A stretch of 64,000 nucleotides of DNA from NCBI GenBank assembly GCA_965204725.1, contig OZ242005.1:3424001-3488000 (forward strand), in the 5' to 3' direction. Position numbers and translations under genes: made by a program. Within the stretch, counting starts at the first letter, position 1. Every line of letters starts with the position of its first letter. This document shows positions 39,822 through 49,347 of this stretch, in pieces. Source of the stretch: Candidatus Latescibacterota bacterium. Lineage in GTDB: Bacteria; Latescibacterota; UBA2968; UBA8231. The notes under the pieces are model-generated. The model was not told where the DNA came from, searched no databases, and saw only the letters and a list, made by a program, of their open reading frames with translations.

Positions 39822-40814
39822 ATGTACGTAGGGACTCAGTACTTCGGCACCTCAAAGACCGAGATGGAATTCCTCGTCCGGCACGGCGTGACCCACTTCG
39901 ACGCCAGAGTCGAGGACCTAAACGTCGATACCCTCGTCCGGCACCGCGAGGCCGCGGCCACCTACGGGGTGGAACTGGAAATGGTCCACGTCGCGCCGCT
40001 CGACAACATCGGCCTAGCCAAAAACCCCGAGCGCGAGCGCGACCTCGACACGCTGTGCCAATACATTGAAAACGCCGGTAAGGCCGGGCTGCGCGGCCTC
40101 AACTACAACTTCTGCATCCTGCGCGCCGATGGGGCCGGTGGGCTGGTGCAGCGCACGGCATCTCGCCCGGGGCGCGGCGGGACGACCTATAGCTCGTTCC
40201 GGCTCGCCGAATACGACAACGACACGCGCTACGCGGCCGGTGAGGTCAGCCGCGGAGAGGCCTTTGAGCGGGCGGCTTATATGTTGGAGCGCATCATGCC
40301 CGTTGCCGAGCAATGGAAGGTCCAGATGGCGTGTCACCTCAACGACCCGCCCGCGCCGGTCCTGAACGGAGTGGAAAAGTGGAATTGGCCCGTCTTTGAG
40401 GGGCTGAAACGCTTCAGCGAACTGGTTGACAGCCCGTACCACGGCTTCAACTTCTGCTGCGGGGTAGCGGCGGAGGGCCTAGAAAATCCGGCCACAGAAC
40501 TGCCGCCAATCGTCCGGTATTTTGCCGAGCGAAAAAAGATATTCAACGTGCATTTTAGGAACATCCGCGGCGGTCTGCACGACTTCTGCGAGACCTGGCC
40601 CGACGAGGGCGATGTCAATATGTACGAGGTCGCCAAGGTCCTACACGAAGCGGGCTATCCCTACATGCTGATGCCCGACCACGCGCCGAGCCATCCCGAG
40701 GACAAGGCTCCGGCCGGCGTTTCGGTCCGCGTCAACCAAGCTTGGGCCTACCAGTTCGGCTATATCAAAGCCTTTATCCAAGCACTCGAATACGAGCGAC
40801 CATCTTCGACCTGA
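39822..40814 (+). CDS. uxuA: Mannonate dehydratase family protein
   Basis: YNF, CHLNDPP, FCCG, HFRNI, PDEGDV, MPDHAP and FGYIKA motifs. Confidence 0.8.
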   Translation: MYVGTQYFGTSKTEMEFLVRHGVTHFDARVEDLNVDTLVRHREAAATYGVELEMVHVAPLDNIGLAKNPERERDLDTLCQYIENAGKAGLRGLNYNFCILRADGAGGLVQRTASRPGRGGTTYSSFRLAEYDNDTRYAAGEVSRGEAFERAAYMLERIMPVAEQWKVQMACHLNDPPAPVLNGVEKWNWPVFEGLKRFSELVDSPYHGFNFCCGVAAEGLENPATELPPIVRYFAERKKIFNVHFRNIRGGLHDFCETWPDEGDVNMYEVAKVLHEAGYPYMLMPDHAPSHPEDKAPAGVSVRVNQAWAYQFGYIKAFIQALEYERPSST

Positions 40815-40894
40815 TGACTATCCAAGCCTAGCGGCCAATTTGCCTTTGTACCATTAGAACACTGTTATTTAGCCAGACAACAAGGAAAACGCCC

Positions 40895-42718
40895 ATGACC
40901 GCTACCTCGCCTGCTATGGACTGGGACCTGACGAGCTATTTCGATGAATTTGATGGCCCGGCCATGCGGCAATTCAAAGAAGCCCTGCAAAGGGATATTG
41001 CAGCGGCACGCCAGCAAGCTGCCGCCCTAGCGCCGCTTGCCGAGGACAATGCCGACGCTTGGGAAGCCGTATTCCTCCTGACGGAGGGCCTGACCGACCG
41101 CCTCTCTCATCTGGGTTCCTACCTCGGCTGTCTCACAGCAGCGGACGCTCGCAATGAGGACTACGCCCGCGAGGAGGCCGCCTTTGCCCTGCTGGCGGCC
41201 GAGAGCGAAAAGCTCTATGTCGAACTCTTGCGTACGCTCAAGGACGCTGCGGACGAAATTTTTGCCGAGTTCGCCCAACGGGCCGCCTTGGCGGACTGCC
41301 TCCACTTCCTCCGCCGCCAGCGCGAAGACGCGCAGCGCACCATGAGCCTGGAGCAGGAGATGCTCTCGGCCGACCTCGGCGTTGACGGTCTCCACGCTTG
41401 GGGCCGCCTCTACGACACGATCTCCGGCAAGCTCGAATTCGACATCGCGTTTCCCGATGGCCGCACCGAGCGGCGCCCTATGTCGCAACGCCGCGCCCTG
41501 ATGGAAGACCCCGACCGCCGGGTCCGCCAAGCGGCCTTTGACGGAGGCAATCGGGCTTGGGAGCGCATGGAAGACGTAGCCTGCGCCGCGCTCAACGCCA
41601 TCTCGGGGACGCGCCTGACCCTCAATCAGCACCGCGGCGTCAACCACTTTCTCGATGTCGCCCTCTTCGAGGCATCAATTTCGTCCAAGACCCTCGACGC
41701 GATGTTTGCGGCTATTGCCGACCAAATCGAACTGCCTCGACGCATCCTCGCCCTCAAGGCTCAACTGATGGGCACCGAAGGCGTGGCTTGGTACGATCTG
41801 GGCGCACCGCTGCCGCTGCCCGATCAAGGGCAACTCTCTTGGGAAGAGGGCACGGCCCTCGTCGCCCGCTCCTTTGCGGCAGCCTACCCGCGCTTAGGGG
41901 AGTTCCTCGGCCAAGTCTGCGAACGCCAATGGATTGAGCACGCGCCCCGCTCGGGCAAACGGCCCGGTGCCTTTTGCACTGGCTCGCTGTTGACCCGCGA
42001 GTCCCGCATCTATATGACCTACAACGACACCCTCGGCGATGTGCTCACGCTCGCCCACGAGGCCGGGCACGCCTTCCATAGCTACATCATGCGCGACGTG
42101 CGCACCTACGCCCACTCCTACCCGATGACGCTGGCCGAGTCGGCCTCGACCTTCGGCGAAATGATCCTCACCGAGGGCATCCTCGCCGACCCCTCCTTCA
42201 GCCCGGCCCAAAAGGCCAGCGCTCTCAATCAAGAAATTGGCCACGGCGCGATCTTCCTGCTGGATATTCCGGTGCGCTACCAGTTCGAGAAAAAGCTCTA
42301 CGAAGAGCGCGCCAACGGCGAACTCACGGTCAGCCGCCTCAAGGAACTAATGGTCGAAACCCAGCGCGGAGTCTTCGGCGACGCGCTCTCGCCGGGGGGC
42401 GAAGACCCCTACTTCTGGGCCTCGAAACTCCACTTCTATATCACCGGCGTGACCTTTTACAACTTCCCTTACACCTTTGGATTCCTACTCAGCCGCGGCC
42501 TGTATTCAATGTTTAAGCAAGAGGGGAGCGACTTTCTTCCGCGCTACGAGCAATTCCTCCGCCTCACCGGCAGCGACACCGCCGAGGGCGTGGCGCGCCG
42601 GGCCTTGGGCCGCGACCTCGAAGACCCCCAGTTCTGGACCGAGGCCATTCAGACTTTGGAAGCTCCACTGGCCGAGTTGGAAAAATTGCTACCCGAGGTG
42701 CTACCTGAGCATTCTTAG
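40895..42718 (+). CDS. M3 family oligoendopeptidase F
   Basis: WDL start, GKRPGAFC, HEAGH, LAESASTF.E, FYNFPYTFG. Confidence 0.92.
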   Translation: MTATSPAMDWDLTSYFDEFDGPAMRQFKEALQRDIAAARQQAAALAPLAEDNADAWEAVFLLTEGLTDRLSHLGSYLGCLTAADARNEDYAREEAAFALLAAESEKLYVELLRTLKDAADEIFAEFAQRAALADCLHFLRRQREDAQRTMSLEQEMLSADLGVDGLHAWGRLYDTISGKLEFDIAFPDGRTERRPMSQRRALMEDPDRRVRQAAFDGGNRAWERMEDVACAALNAISGTRLTLNQHRGVNHFLDVALFEASISSKTLDAMFAAIADQIELPRRILALKAQLMGTEGVAWYDLGAPLPLPDQGQLSWEEGTALVARSFAAAYPRLGEFLGQVCERQWIEHAPRSGKRPGAFCTGSLLTRESRIYMTYNDTLGDVLTLAHEAGHAFHSYIMRDVRTYAHSYPMTLAESASTFGEMILTEGILADPSFSPAQKASALNQEIGHGAIFLLDIPVRYQFEKKLYEERANGELTVSRLKELMVETQRGVFGDALSPGGEDPYFWASKLHFYITGVTFYNFPYTFGFLLSRGLYSMFKQEGSDFLPRYEQFLRLTGSDTAEGVARRALGRDLEDPQFWTEAIQTLEAPLAELEKLLPEVLPEHS

Positions 42719-42744
42719 CTGATAAGACAGCCGCAAGGACTCCC

Positions 42745-43503
42745 ATGTCGCGCTTACTCCTAGTCTTCTTCTTTTGCATCGGCCCGGCTCATGCCGCCGA
42801 CAACCCGCCAGCGTCCGGCTTCAATGCCGCTGATTCCGACCCCAAAGCCATCGCCCTAGCCGACGAAGTTATGACCGCGCTGGGGGGCCGCGCCAACTGG
42901 GACGCTACTCGCTACATCACTTGGCGCTTTTTCGGTTTCCGCTTACACGTGTGGGACAAGTGGACGGGGGATATTCGCTTTGAGGAAGGCGACTTGACGG
43001 TGCTGATGAACATCCACAGCAAAGAGGGCCGCGCCTTTGTCGCGGGTGAGGCAATCAGCGACCCCGACACCCTCGCGGCCAAACTCGACCACGGCTACCG
43101 CGCTTGGATCAACGACTCGTACTGGCTGGTCATGCCCTACAAGCTCAAGGACACCGGCGTCACTCTGCGCTATCGGGGCCTTGAAGCCACCCAAGATGGC
43201 CGCCCGGCCCAAGTGCTGGAGCTCACGTTCAAAGATGTCGGCGTCACCCCGCAGAACAAATACGCGGTCTGGATCAACCGAGAATCGCGGCTGGTTACTC
43301 AATGGGCGTTCTACCGCGACGCGGCCGACGCCGAACCGCGCTTTATCGGCCCGTGGACGAACTGGCAACGCCACGGCTCCATTTTGCTCTCCGACGGTCG
43401 CGGCGAGCGCGAGCACACGGATGTGGCGGTCTTCGACGAACTGTCGCGCTCGGTCTTTACGAGTCCGGATCCGCTAGATTGCTCTTGCCTTCTGGGCGAG
43501 TAG
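42745..43503 (+). CDS. Secreted hypothetical protein
   Basis: Signal peptide ending AHA; ALGG..NW and WINDSYWLVMPYKLKD motifs. Confidence 0.75.
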   Translation: MSRLLLVFFFCIGPAHAADNPPASGFNAADSDPKAIALADEVMTALGGRANWDATRYITWRFFGFRLHVWDKWTGDIRFEEGDLTVLMNIHSKEGRAFVAGEAISDPDTLAAKLDHGYRAWINDSYWLVMPYKLKDTGVTLRYRGLEATQDGRPAQVLELTFKDVGVTPQNKYAVWINRESRLVTQWAFYRDAADAEPRFIGPWTNWQRHGSILLSDGRGEREHTDVAVFDELSRSVFTSPDPLDCSCLLGE

Positions 43504-43559
43504 GCTACTACACTGCTAGGCCGGTACAGCAATACAACAAAAAAGCCGACCTCGCTCGC

Positions 43560-44405
43560 TCAGTTGCTCGAAAACTCGACCAACTGCCCGCCGCACTCGT
43601 CTTTCATTTTTTGCAAAGCCCTGTTCCGCAACTGCCGGACGCGCTCGCGGGTGACGCCCATGCCCGCGCCGATTTCCTCCAAGGTCTTGGGTGCGCTGTC
43701 GTTGAGGCCAAAATAAGCGCGGACGATGTGGGACTCGCGGGCGTCGAGCACCTTCAGACAATTGGCTACAGCCGCGCGCATTTCCCCATCGACAAAATGC
43801 TCGTGTGAGCTGGGCTCGGCCGCGACAAACGTCTGTGCAAACGTCATCTCGCCATCGGCAAAAGCAGGGGCGTCCAAGGGCAGGTCCGGCTGCCCCATCT
43901 CAAAGGCGTTGCGGATGCGCTCGGCTGAGAAATCGACCGATGCGGCGATCTCCTCGACAGTCGGGGCACGCCCTAGCTGCTGCGAGAGGACCGCGGCCTC
44001 CTTTTCGACCCTCTGCCGGTCGCTGACCCGACTCAGGGGCGGGCGGGCAATTTTGCCGTGTTCGGCCAAGGCCCGGAGGATGGCTTGGCGAATCCACCAC
44101 ACCGCATAGGTGATGAACTTAAAGCCGCGCGTCTCGTCGAAGCGCTGGACAGCTTCGAGCAGCCCGAGGTTGCCTTCGGAAATCAGCTCAATCAGCGAGA
44201 GACCGCAGTCGTGGTACTCGCGGGCGACGCGCACCACAAAGCGCAAATTGGCCTGTACCAGCGCCTGACGCGCCTCTTCGTCACCTGCTTTGGCGCGCTT
44301 GAAAAGGGCTATTTCTTCCTTGCGACTGAGCGGCTCGGAGCCTTTTATATCGCGCCAGTAGAGATCGGTCGCCGAGTACATTGTTTCTTTTTTTTGAGCG
44401 TCCAT
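43560..44405 (-). CDS. RNA polymerase sigma-70 factor (RpoD/RpoS-like, no region 1.1)
   Basis: NLRFVV, EGNLGLLEAVQRFD, FITYAVWWIRQ, TLEEIG, TRERVRQ. Confidence 0.93.
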   Translation of the reverse strand: MDAQKKETMYSATDLYWRDIKGSEPLSRKEEIALFKRAKAGDEEARQALVQANLRFVVRVAREYHDCGLSLIELISEGNLGLLEAVQRFDETRGFKFITYAVWWIRQAILRALAEHGKIARPPLSRVSDRQRVEKEAAVLSQQLGRAPTVEEIAASVDFSAERIRNAFEMGQPDLPLDAPAFADGEMTFAQTFVAAEPSSHEHFVDGEMRAAVANCLKVLDARESHIVRAYFGLNDSAPKTLEEIGAGMGVTRERVRQLRNRALQKMKDECGGQLVEFSSN

Positions 44406-44515
44406 TTTAGTTCTCCACGTTAAACAATGTTTACGTTCACGTTAAAGTTGAAGGTAGAATACCAAGTGAACATGTGCAAATCCTATCTTTTTGACGCACC
44501 AAGACAGCCAAATGT

Positions 44516-44938
44516 TCAATCTAAAGGCAGTCGGCGGCTCTTTTTTTTCTCGGAATGACGCCGCTTGCTGTTAAGGCGGCGCGTTTGGGCGGCGCGGCTG
44601 GGCTTGGTTTTTTCGCGCTTAGGCGGCTTCTGGAGGGCCGCGGCGAGCAGGGCGGCCAGCTTACTGAGGCAGTCGGCGCGATTGCGTCCCTGCGTGCGAA
44701 ATCGCTCCGACTGGATCGACAGAATCCCCGCGTTGTTCAGCCGAGCGGCGAGCTTCTCGGCAATCTGCTGGCGTTGCTCGGGGCTGAGCACCGCACTGTG
44801 GACAAAATCAAACTGTAGCTCAACGGAGGTATTGAGCTTGTTGACGTTTTGTCCCCCCGGCCCAGAGCTGCGGCGAAACTTGAAGCGCAGTTCGGAAAGC
44901 GGAATGGAAAGAGAAGGTAAGACGTATAGGGTTTCCAT
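44516..44938 (-). CDS. arfB: Ribosome rescue peptidyl-tRNA hydrolase ArfB
   Basis: RSSGPGGQNVNK and a basic C-terminal tail. Confidence 0.93.
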   Translation of the reverse strand: METLYVLPSLSIPLSELRFKFRRSSGPGGQNVNKLNTSVELQFDFVHSAVLSPEQRQQIAEKLAARLNNAGILSIQSERFRTQGRNRADCLSKLAALLAAALQKPPKREKTKPSRAAQTRRLNSKRRHSEKKKSRRLPLD

Positions 44939-45047
44939 AATGAGTGGTCGCTCCTCGGCCGGCAGACTTGAAGATAACCTAATATGTATCCTTTATTATG
45001 TCCCGTAATGCACCCGCCATCCCATTTTCGCTAAGGAGAGACTTTCT

Positions 45048-46214
45048 ATGAAACGCTATACCGCGGCAATCGTCGGCTGTGGCTCCATAGGCAATGCCCA
45101 TATAGAAGGCTACAATCTCGTGGACGAGGTCGAGGTGATCGCAGTCGCCGACCCGGTCGCCACGGCGCGCCAGACCTATGTAGAAGCATACGACATCCCT
45201 CGGGAATTTGAGACGGTCGCCGAGATGATGGAAAAGGCCCGGCCCGATATCGTCAGCGTCTGCACTTGGCATCTCTTGCATCCGGCGCCCACGATTGCCG
45301 CAGCCGAGGGCGGTGCCCGCGCCGTCATCTGCGAAAAGCCCATGGCCATCGGCATGGCGGCCGCCGACTCCATGGTCAATGCCTGCCAAGCGCACGGCAC
45401 CCAACTGGTCATCAGCCATCAGCGCCGCTTTACCCCGGGCTGGGAAAAGGCCAAGGCACTGGTCGAAGAGGGCGCGATTGGCGAGCCGATCTTCGTCACC
45501 AACAAGGTCGCCGACGGGCTGACCAACTGGGGTACGCACTCCATTGACGGTTCGCGCTTCGTGCTCGGCGACCCCCGCGCCCAATGGGTTATGGGCGCGG
45601 TCGAGCGTCGCACCGACCGCTACGAGCGCGACACCATGATCGAAGACGCCTGCATGGGTTTGGTCCACTTCGCCGGCGATCTCCAGCTTTTCATTCAGTC
45701 CGACCTCATGCGCGAGGGGGCTGCGGCCGGCCACTTTGAAATCCGCGGCCGCGAAGGAATTTTATCAGTGAGCGAGACTCGGGTCCAGCTTATGAACGCC
45801 TCCTCTGGCGGCTGGCGGGAAGTCGATCTCGCGCTCACCGCCGGCACCAAGGCCATTGGGGGCAATACCAACGCCGCCCAAGTCCGCGAACTCATCGCCT
45901 GTCTCGAAGGCCACAAGGCCGAGCACCGCAACGCCGGCACCACGGCCCGCGACACCGTAGAAATTATGATGGCCCTCTACGAATCGGCGCGCCGCAACCG
46001 CGTGGTCCACTTGCCGCTGCAAGAAAAGGGCTATCCCCTCCAGCTCATGGTCGAGGAGGGCAGCCTGCCCGTGGAAGTCGAGGGCCGCTATGACATCCGC
46101 GGCTTTCTCAAGCGCGAGGGCATCGACGAGGCCAAGTACAAAAAGCTCTGGGATGAGGGCATGGGGCACCACCAAATCATGCGCCAACTCCACGACGAAA
46201 TGAACCCGCGTTGA
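45048..46214 (+). CDS. Gfo/Idh/MocA oxidoreductase
   Basis: IVGCGSIG, CEKPMA, WGTHSID. Confidence 0.9.
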   Translation: MKRYTAAIVGCGSIGNAHIEGYNLVDEVEVIAVADPVATARQTYVEAYDIPREFETVAEMMEKARPDIVSVCTWHLLHPAPTIAAAEGGARAVICEKPMAIGMAAADSMVNACQAHGTQLVISHQRRFTPGWEKAKALVEEGAIGEPIFVTNKVADGLTNWGTHSIDGSRFVLGDPRAQWVMGAVERRTDRYERDTMIEDACMGLVHFAGDLQLFIQSDLMREGAAAGHFEIRGREGILSVSETRVQLMNASSGGWREVDLALTAGTKAIGGNTNAAQVRELIACLEGHKAEHRNAGTTARDTVEIMMALYESARRNRVVHLPLQEKGYPLQLMVEEGSLPVEVEGRYDIRGFLKREGIDEAKYKKLWDEGMGHHQIMRQLHDEMNPR

Positions 46215-46242
46215 CCGCGAGAGGCCGGGGCGCGATACCATA

Positions 46243-46271
46243 TTGACATTCCCCGATCCCTCCTGTACCTT
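46243..46271 (+). promoter_or_regulatory. Sigma-70 promoter candidate for rpsR
   Basis: TTGACA-17 nt-TACCTT. Confidence 0.55.
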
Positions 46272-46329
46272 CTATTTTTTCTAAATTTACGTGCCCGCCC
46301 CAGCGGATGCCTTAACAAGGAGCGTCGTC

Positions 46330-46557
46330 ATCGCCAAGTTCCGCAGCTCGCGCCGAGAGGCCGTAGCCAAGCTCAAGTCCGAAGACATCGACTACAAGCG
46401 TCTCGATGTCCTAGTCAAGTTCATCACGCCGACCGGCAAGATCGAATCGGCCCGGCGCACCGGCGCCACGCGCAAGCAGCAGACGCGCGTAGTTCGCGCC
46501 ATCAAGCGCGCCCGCTTTTTAGCCCTCGTCCCCCACACCATCGACGATACTCGTTGA
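46330..46557 (+). CDS. rpsR: 30S ribosomal protein S18 (Cys-free type)
   Basis: IDYK...KFITPTGKI..RRTG...Q...AIKRARFLALVP; start placed at the ATC after AAGGAG (alternative GTG 46291). Confidence 0.9.
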   Translation: MAKFRSSRREAVAKLKSEDIDYKRLDVLVKFITPTGKIESARRTGATRKQQTRVVRAIKRARFLALVPHTIDDTR

Positions 46558-46645
46558 CCGAGCCCAGCGCACCCAGTGGCCGCCATGGCTGATTGAGACC
46601 CGCGCCTCGGCACCAGACACTTAAACCTTATGAGATGAGGTCTCA

Positions 46646-46966
46646 GTGGATAACCTGTGGAACAACCTCCTTAAAGGGCTACAAGAAGGCGCGGCTGCCG
46701 CGGCCGACAAGGCCGGCGACCTAACCCGCCTAGCGCGTGCCCGGCTCGACATCGCCGCTGCTAGGACCCAACTCCACCGCACCCAAGCGGATCTGGGGGC
46801 GCGGGTCCACCAGCGCCTCGAAGCCGGGGACGATCCCGTAGCCGACGATCAAGTACAAGCACTGAACCAACAGATCAAAGAGCAGAATGCTGCGCTCGCC
46901 GATTTCGAGGCGGCCTACGACGCGCTACAGAGCACGCTGCGCACGGAAGAGCGCAACGCCGATTAG
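46646..46966 (+). CDS. Hypothetical coiled-coil protein
   Basis: GAGG RBS, GTG start, amphipathic helical sequence. Confidence 0.7.
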   Translation: MDNLWNNLLKGLQEGAAAAADKAGDLTRLARARLDIAAARTQLHRTQADLGARVHQRLEAGDDPVADDQVQALNQQIKEQNAALADFEAAYDALQSTLRTEERNAD

Positions 46967-47517
46967 CAGTACCTCCGTTAGTAACCAATGGTGCTAGTGT
47001 TTTATAATCCGAACTCCGCGATAGACGCCGTGGTCGCGGGGCCGCTCCGTAGCTGAAAACCCTCGTAGCCGCTCCGCGCTTTGGCAAGCTGGCGAGCACG
47101 AGCAGGCTCGCGGCTTATAGCCGTTGCCAGCGGCGTTGCGGCTGGCGCGGCGTCATTATTGATAAAACGGCATAATTATCGGCGGTTTTTCCATCGAGGA
47201 TCGTCGATCTACCGCGAATTGGCCCTTTTTCGGCATAATTATCAAGTTTTTGTGGTAAGCCAGCGGCGTTGCGGCTTGTGAACCAACTCTGCGGCTCCCT
47301 ATATTGCCCGGCGCCGCGGCAACGCCCTGCTTGGAGCAAGGAAAGGCTAAGGATGGCTACCGCTTGGGGAGGGCGTTGGCGTGGCACACACTCCACTGAA
47401 GGGAGGTTTAGCTATGCTGCCGATTGACAGACTGCCAACCGCTCCCTACCTAACAGTCTCGTATCCTTCGGCGTACTCAAGACGGGTGCGCCGTTCACCC
47501 AACAAGGAGATACTCCT

Positions 47518-48345
47518 ATGTTTAAGTCTTTCAAAAACCTGCTTGGCCTTAGCCTGCTGGCTTTCTTCGGCGTTTGGATGGGGTGCTCGTCCGACTCCTC
47601 GCCCGTCAGTCCTTCAAACAAAGCCGTGACGGACGATGACGGATCAGCAACACAAGTATCGACGTTTTCGACCGATGTTTCCATTCCTGACGACAGTCTA
47701 AGGGTAGCGGTTACTCAAGGACTCTGGGCTTTGGTGGCAGAAGGGAAAATCGACATTCCTACAGGGACAAACCCGCTTACAACGGCAAACCTTGCAAAGC
47801 TAGAAACGCTTACCGCTAGCGGCAAAGGGATTGTGAATTTGAGCGGCCTTGAGCACGCTACCGACTTGAAAAGCCTGAACCTAAACGGGAACAACGTTGA
47901 GGACCTAGCGCCTTTGGCCAATCTGACCAAGTTGGAATATCTGAGCTTGGAAAATAATCTCATTCCCCAAACGGGTTATTCTCATTTGGCTAATCTGACC
48001 AAGTTGACAAATCTTAGGATAGGCGGCCACAGAAACGCCGACATTGGCAGCGACACCCTAGAGGTGGTGGTTGAGAACATGACCAAGTTGACCGCTCTAA
48101 AGGTGAACCACATGGGGCTTACGGATATTTCTTTTTTGGAAAAGGAAAATCTGAAAGAGTTGCGATACTTAAACCTAAATGGCAACCGGGAGATTACGAA
48201 TCTCAAACCGCTTGCTTGTCTGCCGAATCTGAACGATTTGCGCGTAGAGAGGGTTGGTGCTGCTTACAACACCGTTACCGGCGAGGTAAATAAACTTCTC
48301 CTATTCTTGATAGGGGAAGGGGTATATGTAGATTACATTACTTAG
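47518..48345 (+). CDS. Internalin-like leucine-rich repeat lipoprotein
   Basis: AAGGAG RBS; WMGC lipobox; LKSLNLNGNNVEDLAPLANLTKLEYLSLENN repeats. Confidence 0.9.
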   Translation: MFKSFKNLLGLSLLAFFGVWMGCSSDSSPVSPSNKAVTDDDGSATQVSTFSTDVSIPDDSLRVAVTQGLWALVAEGKIDIPTGTNPLTTANLAKLETLTASGKGIVNLSGLEHATDLKSLNLNGNNVEDLAPLANLTKLEYLSLENNLIPQTGYSHLANLTKLTNLRIGGHRNADIGSDTLEVVVENMTKLTALKVNHMGLTDISFLEKENLKELRYLNLNGNREITNLKPLACLPNLNDLRVERVGAAYNTVTGEVNKLLLFLIGEGVYVDYIT

Positions 48346-48360
48346 CCCCATGCAGTAGAT

Positions 48361-48419
48361 CGTCCTCTACGCAGAGGACGCCCAACGCCCCGTTGCCGCT
48401 TGCCGGTGACGGGGCGTTG
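48361..48419 (+). terminator. Tandem hairpins after the LRR gene
   Basis: CGTCCTCT/AGAGGACG and CAACGCCCCGT/ACGGGGCGTTG stems. Confidence 0.55.
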
Positions 48420-48468
48420 CTATGCCGCTCCAATACGCCGCTCGCTGGCGTCCGCGCATCATAGACCA

Positions 48469-48707
48469 TTGACCGCCCCCGGCGCACGGGCGATATTGGC
48501 AATCCTGTCCTTGAGAGAGACAGGGTTAGGCTGGCGGTTAGTATCCGCGACCGCCGACTAAGCCTAGCTAGCGCATTGCGGCTTGATTTATTGGCGGTGG
48601 AAACCGGATGCGCGAAAATGAATAAGCGGCGTTGGTTGGGCCGATTGCGTAAGCGCGGCCACCGGGTCTAACATCCCCGGCTTCTTGGGCCAACGCCGCG
48701 CTTTTTT
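48469..48707 (+). ncRNA. Putative promoter plus structured RNA or leader, copy 1 (long form)
   Basis: TTGACC-17-GATATT, three extra hairpins, then a three-way-junction core closed by GCGGCGTTGG/CCAACGCCGC and a T-run; core repeated at 49388-49479. Confidence 0.5.
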
Positions 48708-48753
48708 ATGGGGCTTGGCTTGGCACACACTTTCACAGACAGGAGCAAAGACG

Positions 48754-49335
48754 ATGCGGGTATTGAGTGGGTTGTTAATTGGCTTGGAGTTGGCAGCGAC
48801 GCCAGCGGATAGCACGGACGCCGCACCAGCGGATACGACGACGACGCCAGATTTGTCTTGTCTGTTTGGCCTCTTTGGAACTGAAGAAACCGATCATTGT
48901 CTGGAACAGCTGCAGGAACCAGAGGAACAGGAACCAGAGGAACAGGAACCAGAGGAACAGGAACCAGAGGAACAGGAACCAGAGGAACCAACAGCACCCA
49001 CAGACAACGCCGATGCGTTGGCACAGTTGCAGGCTGAGTTAGATGCGTTGCGGGGCGAGAATGACGCTTTACGGGGCGATCTAAGCGCGGCGCGTGACAG
49101 TCTTGCTTCTCGCACGGCTATCGGGGGAGGTCGGCAAGTAGTGCGCGATACGGTGCTAGTTTCGCACACGGATACGCTTTTGTTTTGCCCCCCAACGGAC
49201 CAAGAGCGGCGCGATCTATTTGACTTGTTCACGGGGGCGGCTGACGATACAACGAACAGCGAGGGATCGGCGGGTAAGGCTGGTTCGGTGCAGGTTGAAT
49301 CGTGGGGCGCGATTAAAGCCTTGATACAAGAGTAA
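48754..49335 (+). CDS. Secreted acidic protein with QEPEE repeats, coiled coil and C-terminal SWGAIK motif
   Basis: AGGAG RBS, ATG 48754; ends SVQVESWGAIKALIQE. Confidence 0.75.
   Translation: MRVLSGLLIGLELAATPADSTDAAPADTTTTPDLSCLFGLFGTEETDHCLEQLQEPEEQEPEEQEPEEQEPEEQEPEEPTAPTDNADALAQLQAELDALRGENDALRGDLSAARDSLASRTAIGGGRQVVRDTVLVSHTDTLLFCPPTDQERRDLFDLFTGAADDTTNSEGSAGKAGSVQVESWGAIKALIQE
48913..48987 (+). repeat. 15-nt tandem repeat x5 (QEPEE)
   Basis: CAGGAACCAGAGGAA, five perfect copies. Confidence 0.95.
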
Positions 49336-49347
49336 CTCAATGAAATC

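Noticed and set aside
46967-47517. Known riboswitch or tRNA in the long intergenic gap
   Set aside because: No cloverleaf or recognisable riboswitch consensus by eye; an Rfam scan would be needed.
47383-48731. TGGCACACACT upstream of both the LRR and QEPEE genes as sigma-54 promoters
   Set aside because: The -12 TTGC element is missing in both, and an 11-nt match alone is weak.
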